DNA of 26,883 nucleotides, counting the filler, from Candidatus Huberarchaeum crystalense (GTDB taxonomy: Archaea; Huberarchaeota; Huberarchaeia; Huberarchaeales; Huberarchaeaceae), in assembly GCA_002790315.1 (NCBI GenBank). It is 5 parts of 5 records of this genome, joined end to end, with 100 filler letters (N's around TTAATTAATTAA, not from the genome) between each part and the next. Parts side by side here need not be neighbours in the genome. Positions count along the whole stretch, not along the records: positions 1 to 16,692 come from PFUW01000012.1; positions 16,793 to 19,260 come from PFUW01000024.1; 3 more parts are not named here. One strand, given 5' to 3'. Positions 7,584-16,793 of the stretch are shown here, one piece after another. Numbering within the stretch: position 1 is the stretch's first letter; each line of letters begins with the position of its first letter. The notes beneath the pieces are model-generated. The model saw only the letters and a list, made by a program, of their open reading frames with translations, had not been told where the DNA came from and searched no databases. A program made the translations under genes and the position numbers.

Positions 7584-8951
7584 ATGAAATCTATAAAGCA
7601 AGACGAGAAAAATAAATATCTTCTTGACACAAGCGTAATAATTAATCAAAAAATAAGCGAATTAATAAAAGCAAACAGCATTCCTGATCACAGTATAATA
7701 ATTGTACCAACTATTGCTTTGCGCGAACTTGAACACCAAGCAAACCGTAAAGAGAGAAGAGGATATGCGGGACTTGAAGAACTACAAACTTTGCAAGATT
7801 TTGCAAAAAGCGGAAAAATAGAGTTGATTTATGAAGATGTTCTTTACACAGTAGGAGATGTCACTTCTGCAAAATTAGGATCTCTTGATGACATCATTGT
7901 TAAAGCAGCAATTCGCAATAATGCAATATTAATTACCGCAGATCGCGTGCAATCAAAAGTAGCAGCTGCTCAAGGTTGCAAAACATATTTTTATGATTTT
8001 TCGAGCAACAAATTCGTTTCTGACTTTCAAACAAAAGAGCCCACTACTTTATCTTTTGAAGAATTTTTCAACAAAGACACACTGTCAATTCATTTGATTC
8101 AAGACAGTTTTGTTTTTGCAAAAATAAGAAAAAACAAAAAAGTAAATTATATAAAAATATCAAAAAACTTTTTATCCTATGATGAAATAAAAAGAATACA
8201 CCACGAAATAAAAAACCACCCTCTTTTTGTTTCAGAAAGCGCTGATCAAAATTATATTTTGGGGAAAATAAATGAATATCGCATCATAATGACAACTCCT
8301 CCACTTAGTGTAAGGTTAGAAATAATTGTTATTAAACAGAGAACCATAAAAACATTTGCAGAGTATAAGATATCTAAACAACATACAGATTTTTTGATAA
8401 ATGCCAAAAGTGTTATCATTGCAAGCGAAATTGGCGGTGGAAAAACATCTTTTGCGCGCGCACTTTTCTTCAAACTATCAAAATGCGGAACTGAAAAAGT
8501 CGCAAAAATACTTGAATCCCAGCCAGAGCAAATTATGTGTGAAAATATAAATCAATACAACAAATCTACAATCACAACAGAAGATTTAAAGCAGTTGATT
8601 TTATCAAGTAGAACCGATGAATTATTATTTGATGAAATCAAAACACAGGAAGATGTGAAATTGTTTGCAGACCTCAGATTAGCAAATATAACAACAATAA
8701 GCACTTTAAATATCGCTGACAAAGTGTGCGCGCTTCATTTTATTTTCAGCAACTTGCCTTTTATTGTTGCCATCAGTGTTATTAATGCGTTTGTGTTCTT
8801 AAATAAAGACGGCAGTATTGATGAAATTTTGGTCCCAAAAATAAATATTAAAAATAGTAATTTATCAGTAAAAATTGTTGATCTAAATGGAAATGCAAGA
8901 TTTGAGTGTTTTAAGCAGCAAAATGAATTGGTTGTTAATGCTATAAAATAA
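7584..8951 (+). CDS. PIN domain + PilT/VirB11-like ATPase (PINA family), divergent, no C-terminal KH region
   Basis: PIN: LLDTSVII, ELEHQAN...GYAGLEEL, LITADRVQ. ATPase: SEIGGGKTS, ILES, LLFDEIK..ED..LFADLRLA. Confidence 0.82.
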   Translation: MKSIKQDEKNKYLLDTSVIINQKISELIKANSIPDHSIIIVPTIALRELEHQANRKERRGYAGLEELQTLQDFAKSGKIELIYEDVLYTVGDVTSAKLGSLDDIIVKAAIRNNAILITADRVQSKVAAAQGCKTYFYDFSSNKFVSDFQTKEPTTLSFEEFFNKDTLSIHLIQDSFVFAKIRKNKKVNYIKISKNFLSYDEIKRIHHEIKNHPLFVSESADQNYILGKINEYRIIMTTPPLSVRLEIIVIKQRTIKTFAEYKISKQHTDFLINAKSVIIASEIGGGKTSFARALFFKLSKCGTEKVAKILESQPEQIMCENINQYNKSTITTEDLKQLILSSRTDELLFDEIKTQEDVKLFADLRLANITTISTLNIADKVCALHFIFSNLPFIVAISVINAFVFLNKDGSIDEILVPKINIKNSNLSVKIVDLNGNARFECFKQQNELVVNAIK

Positions 8952-8991
8952 GCAAAGAATTATAATCTTAAAATAACTTATTTATATTTAG

Positions 8992-9228
8992 TTAAGCTTT
9001 TTCATTTTCTTGTAGTATTTCAGTTATTTTGTTTTTTGTGGTTTCAAGTTCTGTAAATGACCTCTTAATTTCATTATTTATGGTTTTTATAAGCAGAACA
9101 CTGTTTTCAGTTTTTTTTAAATTTTCATTAAGACCAATAAGCTCGAGTTTTATTTTTTCAAAAAGCAAATTAATTTCATTATACTCAGCAGTATCAATAA
9201 ATAAAGATCCCATTTTTGGTATAATCAT
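8992..9228 (-). CDS. Small coiled-coil hypothetical protein
   Basis: SLFID..EY..I followed by heptad pattern; ATGA overlap with the upstream gene. Confidence 0.7.
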   Translation of the reverse strand: MIIPKMGSLFIDTAEYNEINLLFEKIKLELIGLNENLKKTENSVLLIKTINNEIKRSFTELETTKNKITEILQENEKA

Positions 9229-9581
9229 TCCAAACGCCCGCCAAACCTTTTATCTAGTTCTATTAGAATTCCCTCAAACCCAACAATTTTTTGTTTAATA
9301 ATTTCAATACTAAGCATTTCTTCTTCTTTTTGCTTTTCTAATTCAATTATTTTTTGACTTATCTCTTTAAGAGACACATCTAATTTGTTTAGCTCGTCGA
9401 CAATTTGCTTATAATTAGGAATTTTTATGAACAATAGCGACTCATCAATGTTTTGCAAAGGAGATTGCATAATTGTTTCTATTTTTGCTTTAGTTGTCTG
9501 TTCTTCAACTTCTACGGGCGGAAGTTTTTCTGTCTCGTCTTTCTCACTTTTTTCACTTTTCCAATCATCCCATCGACCCAT
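9225..9581 (-). CDS. Coiled-coil hypothetical protein
   Basis: Charged N-terminus, LLFIKIPNYKQIVDELNKL followed by long heptads; T-ATG start with upstream TATA-like tract. Confidence 0.75.
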   Translation of the reverse strand: MGRWDDWKSEKSEKDETEKLPPVEVEEQTTKAKIETIMQSPLQNIDESLLFIKIPNYKQIVDELNKLDVSLKEISQKIIELEKQKEEEMLSIEIIKQKIVGFEGILIELDKRFGGRLE

Positions 9582-9712
9582 AATATTATTATATATAGTT
9601 TAAATACCTTTTAACAAATCAAGTAAATCTTTCCACAGCAAGATATAAAATATTTGTTTAAGATAAACTACGCTTTATAATGGGCTGTTGGAATTCTTTA
9701 ATTAATCAAATC

Positions 9713-11050
9713 TTAACAGACTTGTTTTCTTTTTAGTATTTTTATTGCTGCTTTAAAAAGAAGTTTTTGCTCGCAATTTTGAATCTGCCCATAAATGTTT
9801 AAAATGCTATTTTCATCAAATATTTCAAAACATAGTGGCTGTTCTAATAAAAGCAATTGTAAAATTGTTTCTGAATCTTGCGACTGCATAAAAAATACAC
9901 AATCAACACCAATAGTCTTACAGCGCGCGCTAATATATTCTAGTTCTTGTAGTAGTAAATTTTCAGACAAAGAATTTACTTTTAACAAAAGTTGTTTTGG
10001 ATGCAATTTCAATAGATCGTCAATAGAAAGCGCGTCTTGCTCACGAACTAAAAAACCAAAAATATAATTAAAACTTCGCAAAACAGAAACAACCTCTTCA
10101 ATTTGAAAAATATCAAAACCAGAGCAATCAAGCAAAATTTTTAAATCGCGCAAAAAATATGTGCTTGCCATAGACAACAAGGTATTTATTTGCTCTTTTT
10201 TTACAATTATCCACTTAGAACTATCTGCCGATTTATTATTAAAATATATATAAGAAGCAAGATTATTGTTTAGGTTTGCTAAAAATAAAACTTGGGTAAA
10301 AGGCAATTGTAAATTTAAATCAGTTTCTTTAACTTGATTTTCAATAATATTAATAAATCTTATTAAAAAGATAGAACTATTTTCTATAACAAATTGTGCA
10401 ACAGTATTTTTTAAATTTAGTTGTTGAAGTTGTGCAATAAATTGCCGAAGCAATATTTTGTCTTGTGTATTTAATTTTTGTTGTGTTTGCTGCTCTTGGG
10501 AAATAGGCACAGATATTAAATCAAATGTGTAATCGTCTCTTGCTAACCTCTTTGTTTGTGAAAAAATCTTTTTAGGCACAATTTCTTGACTGTTCTGATC
10601 AAAAATATATTCTTCAAATTCAGAGTCCTTAGCATACATACCTATTTTGGCTTTTATTCTAATTTCAGAATTTTTAAACTCAACATCCCCACTTTTTTCT
10701 GCAAAAATTGTGCGTTGCACAAGAATATTTTTTCCATCTTTAACAATGGACTTTATATTAGCAAAAAAATCCGCAAAACTTCGAATATTATATTTTTCAA
10801 AATCTTCACAAAACAAACTTATTGGAAAAATATCATGTGTTTTCGCAAGTGAAATATTAGCATAAGTGAGTTGCTGTTGTGTATTAGAAGTGAAAGACAC
10901 ATAAAAAGCGCGCAACTGCTGTTCATCAAGAGCAGATTCATCTTGCTTTTGACAAACAAGCAAACTTGTTTGGGGTAATTTAAACCCTACACTGCGCGCT
11001 GCTGTTAAAAGAAAAGAGTTATCAAGTTGATTAAGAGAAAGTATTTTCAT
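9713..11050 (-). CDS. Highly degenerate PEP synthase (PpsA/PPDK-family) homologue, probably non-catalytic
   Basis: GFKLP, ILVQRTIFAEKSG, IKAKIG, EEYIFD, KKIFSQTKRLARD, VPISQEQQTQQKLN echo the PpsA ATP-grasp domain. FGFLVRE..ALSIDDLLK...VNSLS and ISARCKTIGVD echo the C-terminal barrel. No phospho-His motif. Confidence 0.68.
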   Translation of the reverse strand: MKILSLNQLDNSFLLTAARSVGFKLPQTSLLVCQKQDESALDEQQLRAFYVSFTSNTQQQLTYANISLAKTHDIFPISLFCEDFEKYNIRSFADFFANIKSIVKDGKNILVQRTIFAEKSGDVEFKNSEIRIKAKIGMYAKDSEFEEYIFDQNSQEIVPKKIFSQTKRLARDDYTFDLISVPISQEQQTQQKLNTQDKILLRQFIAQLQQLNLKNTVAQFVIENSSIFLIRFINIIENQVKETDLNLQLPFTQVLFLANLNNNLASYIYFNNKSADSSKWIIVKKEQINTLLSMASTYFLRDLKILLDCSGFDIFQIEEVVSVLRSFNYIFGFLVREQDALSIDDLLKLHPKQLLLKVNSLSENLLLQELEYISARCKTIGVDCVFFMQSQDSETILQLLLLEQPLCFEIFDENSILNIYGQIQNCEQKLLFKAAIKILKRKQVC

Positions 11051-11200
11051 AAATTTTTTAGATTAGTGAACAAGCATGATAGATAAACAATTTTGTAAAT
11101 TTTTTAGATTAGTGAATAGATATAATATCTAATCAATTTTGTAAATTTTTTAGATTAGTGAATAGATATAATATCTAATCAATTTTGTAAATTTTTTAGA
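11050..11200. repeat. 46-bp tandem repeat (3 copies plus partial) filling the divergent ppsA-like/lig intergenic region
   Basis: TAAATTTTTTAGA starts at 11050, 11096, 11142 and 11188. Units 2 and 3 are identical; unit 1 differs in a 17-bp block. Confidence 0.93.
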
Positions 11201-11217
11201 AGACAGCCAAAAAACAT

Positions 11218-12894
11218 ATGAAATATCTTAAACTTGCTGAACTTTACAAAATATTGGAAGAAACACCTAGCACACTCGAAAAAACAAAAATAATATCTAA
11301 CTTTTTAAAAAATATGACATCAAAAAGTGAAATAGAAAATGTAATTATGCTTATTTTGGGGCGCGCATCATCAAAAATTGAAGGGGTTGTATTTAATATG
11401 GCTGAAAATTTAATTATAAAAGCAATTTCTTTGAGCAGCGGAAAATCTATCAAATATATCAAAGACATTTTTGCAAAAACAGGAGACCTCGGGCTAACAA
11501 CAGAAAAAATTCTTGAAAACAATTATCAAAAATCACTTTTTTCAAAAGAGCTAACAATTTCAGATATAATTGCTAATCTAAGAAAACTTGCAGAAATAGA
11601 AGGAAAAAAATCTCAAAATATCAAAATAAACATACTTCTTAATCTTTTAAATCAAGCATCGCCGCTTGAAAAACGCTATTTGATTAGAACTATTTTAGGT
11701 CAACTAAGAACGGGTGTGTCTGACGGTTTTGTTAGAAATGCGCTAGCCAATGCTTTTGACAAAGATCCAAATATTGTTCAGCAAGCCATTGATTATACAA
11801 ATGACATTTCAGAAGTTGCTGTTGCAGTGGTTGAAAATAGGATTGAAAAAATTAAACCTTGCTTGTTTAAGCCGATTTCTTCTATGTTAGCGCAAAAAGA
11901 GCCTTCAATTGAAGAAGCATTAAAAAGGTTTGAAAAACCGTCAGCAATAGAACAAAAGTATGATGGAATGCGCGCACAAATTCATAAAAAAAAAGATATA
12001 GTTATAATTTTTACGCGACGGTTAGAAAATATAACAAAACAATTCCCTGAGCTTGCTAAGTTAGTAAAAACAAACATAAAAGCAGAACAAGCAATTGTTG
12101 AAGGAGAAATTGTAGCTATTGATGAAAATAGAAAACCCCTACCATTTCAATTTTTATCCCAGAGAGTTAAACGAAAATATGGTATTGAAAAAATAATAAA
12201 ACAAATACCTATTGAAATCAATTTATTTGATTGTTTGCTTGTTGATGAAGAAATTATAATAAATACCCCCTTTAAAGAGAGGAGAAAAAAATTAGAATTA
12301 ATTGTTAAGGAAAGTAAAAACTTTTATCTTGCTAAGCAAATCATAAGCGATTCTGCTGACGAGATTAATAAATTTTATAAAGATGCATTAAAAATAGGTC
12401 ATGAAGGAATAATACTTAAAAATCGCGATTCACCTTATGTTCCTGGAAAAAGAGTAGGACATATGCTAAAACTTAAACCTGTTTTAGAAACATTAGATTT
12501 AGTTATTGTTGGTGGTGATTGGGGTGAAGGAAAGCGCACGCAGTGGTTTGGATCTTTTCTTTTGGCGTGTGTCAATAAACAAACAGGTGAATATTTGACA
12601 ATTGGAAAAATGGGCTCAGGCTTAACAGATGAAGAGTTTGCAAACATTACTGTTGAACTAAAAAAAGACATAATAAAGCAAGAAGGAAAGAGTGTGCAAT
12701 TTTATCCAAAAATTGTTGTTGAGGTTGCTTATGAAGAGATACAAAAATCACTTGTTTATACAAGCAAGTATGCTTTAAGATTTCCGAGATTAGTAAAAAT
12801 TAGAGATGATCGGCTGCCGACAGATGCCAGTGATTTGGAAGTTGTTGAAGAAATTTATAAACAGCAAAAAGGCAAGATTACAAATTATATTTAA
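11218..12894 (+). CDS. lig: ATP-dependent DNA ligase
   Basis: Motif I EQKYDGMR, TGDLG, IVEGE, LFDCL, EGIILK, LKLK, ALRFPR; PCNA-binding-like QKSLF in the N-terminal domain. Confidence 0.97.
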   Translation: MKYLKLAELYKILEETPSTLEKTKIISNFLKNMTSKSEIENVIMLILGRASSKIEGVVFNMAENLIIKAISLSSGKSIKYIKDIFAKTGDLGLTTEKILENNYQKSLFSKELTISDIIANLRKLAEIEGKKSQNIKINILLNLLNQASPLEKRYLIRTILGQLRTGVSDGFVRNALANAFDKDPNIVQQAIDYTNDISEVAVAVVENRIEKIKPCLFKPISSMLAQKEPSIEEALKRFEKPSAIEQKYDGMRAQIHKKKDIVIIFTRRLENITKQFPELAKLVKTNIKAEQAIVEGEIVAIDENRKPLPFQFLSQRVKRKYGIEKIIKQIPIEINLFDCLLVDEEIIINTPFKERRKKLELIVKESKNFYLAKQIISDSADEINKFYKDALKIGHEGIILKNRDSPYVPGKRVGHMLKLKPVLETLDLVIVGGDWGEGKRTQWFGSFLLACVNKQTGEYLTIGKMGSGLTDEEFANITVELKKDIIKQEGKSVQFYPKIVVEVAYEEIQKSLVYTSKYALRFPRLVKIRDDRLPTDASDLEVVEEIYKQQKGKITNYI

Positions 12895-14161
12895 GGTTCT
12901 CAAAATTATCATCGTCTTCATCAGAATTTATGTCTTTAATTCCAAGTTCTAAAATATCTTGATTTTTTGCGCGCTCTCTTTCAATTCTTTCTTTTGCGTC
13001 CTCGTTTGCTCCACTTGTTAGTGCTTCAATGTTTAAATTGCGCGCTAAGGTTTCAGTAGCTTTTTTCTCCATAGTTGCCCGGGGACCCAGTATTTGTGCA
13101 GAATTAACATTTGTGATTAACAGTAAAAGTTTAACTGCATTTTCTTGGGCTTCGTCATATTGACAGCCCCAAATTTTCTTAGCACCATGAGCCATATTGT
13201 CAAGTTTTTTAATTATTTGATTTACTTGCGGCAAGGTCACTTTATTGTTAATTGTTATGTTTATAAGCATACCTGTAGCATCTGAAATATCTACACTAAG
13301 CAAAGGATTTGAAGTTGTATTGTTTATTAGTTCGTCAACAAAACCCTCATTATTTTGCGTAATACTGCTTACTCCAATCATTGCTACACCTCCTTCTTTC
13401 ATTATGCTGCGAACATCATTAAAGTCCAAATTTATAAGTCCTGGTTTAACAACCATATCTGCAATACCTTTTACTGCATTAGATATAATATTGTCGCACA
13501 ACTTAAATGCATCTTTAAGTGATAAAGTAGGACTTATATTTAATAGTTTATCATTTGGAACAACAATAAGTGTATGAACTATGTTTTCAATCTCGCGAAA
13601 TGCTTTTTTGCTGTTTTCCCATCTCTGCTTTCCTTCTGCTTCAAAAGGTAAAGTGACAATTCCAACTACTAATGCACCAGTTTTTTTTGCTATTGCTGCG
13701 ATAACAGGTGCTGCTCCACTACCTGTCCCACCCCCAAGTCCGCAAGTTATAAAAACCATATCTGCATTATCTAACACATCTTGAATTTCCTTACTACTGT
13801 TTTCTGCTGCTTTTCTTCCTTTTTCAGGATCTGCGCCTGTTCCTAAGCCATGGGTAAGATCTTCGCCAATCAGTATTTTTTTATGCGCCTTTTTATTCAA
13901 AAGGTCTTGAGCATCTGTGTTTATTGCTATTGTTTCAAAACCCAAACCACTAAATTCCATCAAATTATTCAAAGTATTGTTACCAGCTCCGCCAATGCCG
14001 ACAACGCGAATTGCGCGGCTATTTTTTTTAACAAGTTCGCGCAACTTTTCCTCAACACCTAACAAGCCAGCGTTTGACGATGAGGATTCATAAGTTAAGT
14101 AAGATGAAGGTAGAGAATCATAAGGTGTAATGTTTGCCTTTGACGAGGAGATAATAACCAT
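12878..14161 (-). CDS. ftsZ: Cell division protein FtsZ
   Basis: [31 protein letters not shown] tubulin signature, [14 protein letters not shown]. 17-bp convergent overlap with lig. Confidence 0.97.
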   Translation of the reverse strand: MVIISSSKANITPYDSLPSSYLTYESSSSNAGLLGVEEKLRELVKKNSRAIRVVGIGGAGNNTLNNLMEFSGLGFETIAINTDAQDLLNKKAHKKILIGEDLTHGLGTGADPEKGRKAAENSSKEIQDVLDNADMVFITCGLGGGTGSGAAPVIAAIAKKTGALVVGIVTLPFEAEGKQRWENSKKAFREIENIVHTLIVVPNDKLLNISPTLSLKDAFKLCDNIISNAVKGIADMVVKPGLINLDFNDVRSIMKEGGVAMIGVSSITQNNEGFVDELINNTTSNPLLSVDISDATGMLINITINNKVTLPQVNQIIKKLDNMAHGAKKIWGCQYDEAQENAVKLLLLITNVNSAQILGPRATMEKKATETLARNLNIEALTSGANEDAKERIERERAKNQDILELGIKDINSDEDDDNFENLKYNL

Positions 14162-14196
14162 ATATTTTTTAGAAATAATTCTATATTAAAAAATAT

Positions 14197-14418
14197 ATGG
14201 TAGATAAACCGCTGGACATATTAAATCGCGCCAAAGGCAAGAACATAACAATCTATTTAAAAGATGGAAGAACAATTACAGGCATTCTAATTGCATTTGA
14301 TATTCATCTTAATATAGGTCTTGAAGATGCTGAAATTATGCAAGATAAAAAAAAGAAAATAGTTCCTACAATGTTGGTGCGTGGGGATAATATTCTGTAT
14401 GTTGAGGGAATAAAATGA
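14197..14418 (+). CDS. Sm-like archaeal protein (SmAP1/Lsm)
   Basis: PLDIL, G.L.AFDIHLN..L.DAE, LVRGDNI; classic linkage to eL37. Confidence 0.95.
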   Translation: MVDKPLDILNRAKGKNITIYLKDGRTITGILIAFDIHLNIGLEDAEIMQDKKKKIVPTMLVRGDNILYVEGIK

Positions 14419-14600
14419 AACAAGGACCAGCGACTTTTGGATCAAAGCACAAAGCAACACACAAAATTTGCCGCAGGTGCGGAGAGCATTCTTTTCACAT
14501 CGCGCACGGAATTTGCGCAGGATGTGGATTTGGTAAAACAGCTAAAATAAAAAAATACTCCTGGCAAACAAAAAAGAAAGGTGGAAAGGTTAGAAAGTAA
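14415..14600 (+). CDS. rpl37e: 50S ribosomal protein eL37
   Basis: THKICRRCGEHSFH....CAGCGFG Zn finger, YSWQ; ATGA overlap with Sm. Confidence 0.96.
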   Translation: MKQGPATFGSKHKATHKICRRCGEHSFHIAHGICAGCGFGKTAKIKKYSWQTKKKGGKVRK

Positions 14601-14635
14601 AATTTTATATTAAAGCAAGGTTGTTATAAAATAAG

Positions 14636-14726
14636 ATATTTAAAAGTTGTTAAAACAGAGTTGTTAGGAAGTAAACTTTATTAAAAATATCTAAAAGTTG
14701 TTAAAATAGAGTTGTTAGGAAGTAAA
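14636..14726. repeat. Imperfect two-copy direct repeat (period 51) between convergent rpl37e and NUDIX
   Basis: TAAAAGTTGTTAAAA(C/T)AGAGTTGTTAGGAAGTAAA at 14641 and 14692. Confidence 0.9.
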
Positions 14727-14728
14727 AT

Positions 14729-15253
14729 TTAAAATAATGTCTTTTGCTGACATTTGTTTTTATTTTCATTTTTTTCTTTTGGAATATATTTTATGTGTTC
14801 TATAAGTTTATCTATAAAACCTGCCTGGCCTTTTAGAATTTTTAGTTTTGCTTGCTCAATTCCAAACCAGCTTGCTTTGTCAACTTCAAAATATTTGTGC
14901 ATTTTTCCCGAGTTCTTTGGATATTCAAGTGTAAGGGTGTTGCTTCTTGCTTTTGTTTCATCAACATCTTTTTCAAGAGCCCAAACAAACATTATTTTTC
15001 CGCTAGGTTGCCGTAACTCTTCTAAATAAATAGAGTCATTCACAATACCCTCAACTTCAAAACCTGTTTCTTCTTTAAACTCTCTTTTTGCTGCATCAAA
15101 TGGTTTTTCATCTTTTTTTATTTTGCCTTTGGGAATTGACCACGCACCACTATCTTTTTTTACCCAAAAAGGTCCTCCTGGATGTATAAGCAAAACCTCA
15201 AGTTCGCTGTTTTTAAATCTGTACAAAAGAATTCCTGCACTTTGTTCGACCAT
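14729..15253 (-). CDS. NUDIX hydrolase (HPGGPFW subfamily, mostly bacterial)
   Basis: SAGILLYR, VLLIHPGGPFW..KD.GAWSIPKG, AAKREFKEETG Nudix box. Confidence 0.92.
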   Translation of the reverse strand: MVEQSAGILLYRFKNSELEVLLIHPGGPFWVKKDSGAWSIPKGKIKKDEKPFDAAKREFKEETGFEVEGIVNDSIYLEELRQPSGKIMFVWALEKDVDETKARSNTLTLEYPKNSGKMHKYFEVDKASWFGIEQAKLKILKGQAGFIDKLIEHIKYIPKEKNENKNKCQQKTLF

Positions 15254-15323
15254 CTTATATTTTTTAAAATATTTATGGGAAAAATACTTGCTTTTTTTGG
15301 TAAAAAATTAGGAAAAATATAAC

Positions 15324-16286
15324 ATGGCAAAAATCAAACCAGCAAATCTAAAAATTTTCAAAAGGCAGCATTATTCTGTTGTTGGAAACCACTCTGCTGT
15401 TGAAGTTTGCTCTTGGACAAAAAAATCGCTGCTAAACAAAGGTGTTTGTTATAAAGAAAAGTTTTATGGTATAAAAAGTCATCGCTGCATTCAAATGACT
15501 CCTGCAGTAGCGTGGTGTGATTTTGCTTGCTTGTATTGCTGGCGATCGCACGAATACTCACAAGGAACAAGTATGAAAGGAAATATTGACGACCCAAAAA
15601 CAATTATAGATGGTGCAATTGAAGCGCAACGCAAGCAACTTTCTGGTTTTAAAGGCAATGAAAAGACAAATCTTAAAAAATGGCAAGAAGCGCAAAATCC
15701 ATTCTCATTTGCAATTTCTCTAAATGGTGAGCCAACACTATATAAAAAACTACCTGAATTTATTAGAGAATTAAGGGCGCGCAAAATAATCTCTTTTCTT
15801 GTTAGCAATGGGTCGCATCCACAAATGCTTAAAAAGCTTTATAACAGTGACTCTCTGCCTGACCAAATATATATTTCTCTTACTGCAATTAACGAAAAAA
15901 TGCACAAAAACATTAATTGCCCTTTAGTTAAAAATAGTTGGAAGCGAATTTTGCAAACATTGAAACTCATCCCAAACTTAAAAGAAAAATGCAGAACCAT
16001 CATTCGTTTAACTCTAATAAAAGACAAAAATGACAGCAACGATGCAGCAGAAAAGTTCGCACAACTAATTAAATTAGCTAATCCTAATTTTATTGAAATT
16101 AAGTCATATATGTTTCTTGGATACTCTAGAAAACGGCTGAAAAAAGAAAACCAATGCACTCATGAACAAGTGCGTCAATTTTCAAAAACATTGGCAGGTT
16201 TGTGTGGATTAAAGGTTTTAGATGAGGCAGAAAATAGTAAGGTGTGTTTAATAGGAATGAAAAAGTGCGCGCGATTCGATAAATAA
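15324..16286 (+). CDS. tyw1: tRNA 4-demethylwyosine synthase (radical SAM)
   Basis: HSAVEVCSWTK, CYKEKFYGIKSHRCIQMTP, CDFACLYCWR, AISLNGEPTLY, YMFLGYSR. Confidence 0.95.
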   Translation: MAKIKPANLKIFKRQHYSVVGNHSAVEVCSWTKKSLLNKGVCYKEKFYGIKSHRCIQMTPAVAWCDFACLYCWRSHEYSQGTSMKGNIDDPKTIIDGAIEAQRKQLSGFKGNEKTNLKKWQEAQNPFSFAISLNGEPTLYKKLPEFIRELRARKIISFLVSNGSHPQMLKKLYNSDSLPDQIYISLTAINEKMHKNINCPLVKNSWKRILQTLKLIPNLKEKCRTIIRLTLIKDKNDSNDAAEKFAQLIKLANPNFIEIKSYMFLGYSRKRLKKENQCTHEQVRQFSKTLAGLCGLKVLDEAENSKVCLIGMKKCARFDK

Positions 16287-16508
16287 TTTTTATATGAATC
16301 AAATAAAAAAATAAAATGTTTGTCTTTATATAATTGCTTTTTACAACTGTAAGTACTGCTGTCTTTTGGAAAGGGAAAGGTTGTATTTCCTTTCTAATTC
16401 TTTATAATCAACCCAAATTTTGCACATAATTAAAGTATTTCTCATCACACGTTCAGGTTCAGGCAAAATAAATATGTCTTTCTCTCTTTCTTAACAATTA
16501 AAGGTTAT

Positions 16509-16691
16509 TTATAATTTAAGGTTGTGGGGACCCATGCTTAAGATTTCTAATAAAGGATTTTTTAATAACTCACTTAAATCTTCTGCTTTTATTTTGTATT
16601 TCTCTGCATTTTCAAAATCATCCATTTTGTTATAAGCCTTTGCTGTATTTTCATAAACAAGTTTAAGGTAATTTATTTGCCCTAATTCCTC
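16509..16691 (-). CDS. 3' end of a TPR-like protein (cut by contig edge)
   Basis: Open frame from the gap: EELGQINYLKLVYENTAKAYNKMDDFENAEKYKIKAEDL...NLKL*; TPR-like helix pair. Confidence 0.6.
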   Translation of the reverse strand, partial: EELGQINYLKLVYENTAKAYNKMDDFENAEKYKIKAEDLSELLKNPLLEILSMGPHNLKL

Positions 16692-16692
16692 A

Positions 16693-16792
16693 NNNNNNNN
16701 NNNNNNNNNNNNNNNNNNNNNNNNNNNNNNNNNNNNTTAATTAATTAANNNNNNNNNNNNNNNNNNNNNNNNNNNNNNNNNNNNNNNNNNNN
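16693..16792. other. Artificial contig linker
   Basis: N44-TTAATTAATTAA (16737-16748)-N44; stops in all six frames. Confidence 0.97.
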
Positions 16793-16793
16793 T

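Noticed and set aside
11050-11200. Mini CRISPR array
   Set aside because: Variable blocks are only 17 bp, two of three are identical, and no cas genes are present.
14012-14161. FtsZ N-terminal extension as a novelty
   Set aside because: Extensions of this size are normal in archaeal FtsZ.
16320-16500. Possible decayed ORF on the minus strand (KDIFILPEPERVMRNTLIMCKIWVDYKN*KGNTTFPFPK)
   Set aside because: Short, interrupted and not assignable to a family.
16737-16748. TTAATTAATTAA repeated four times in the window as a biological repeat
   Set aside because: Always centred in 44+44 N; a six-frame-stop contig linker.
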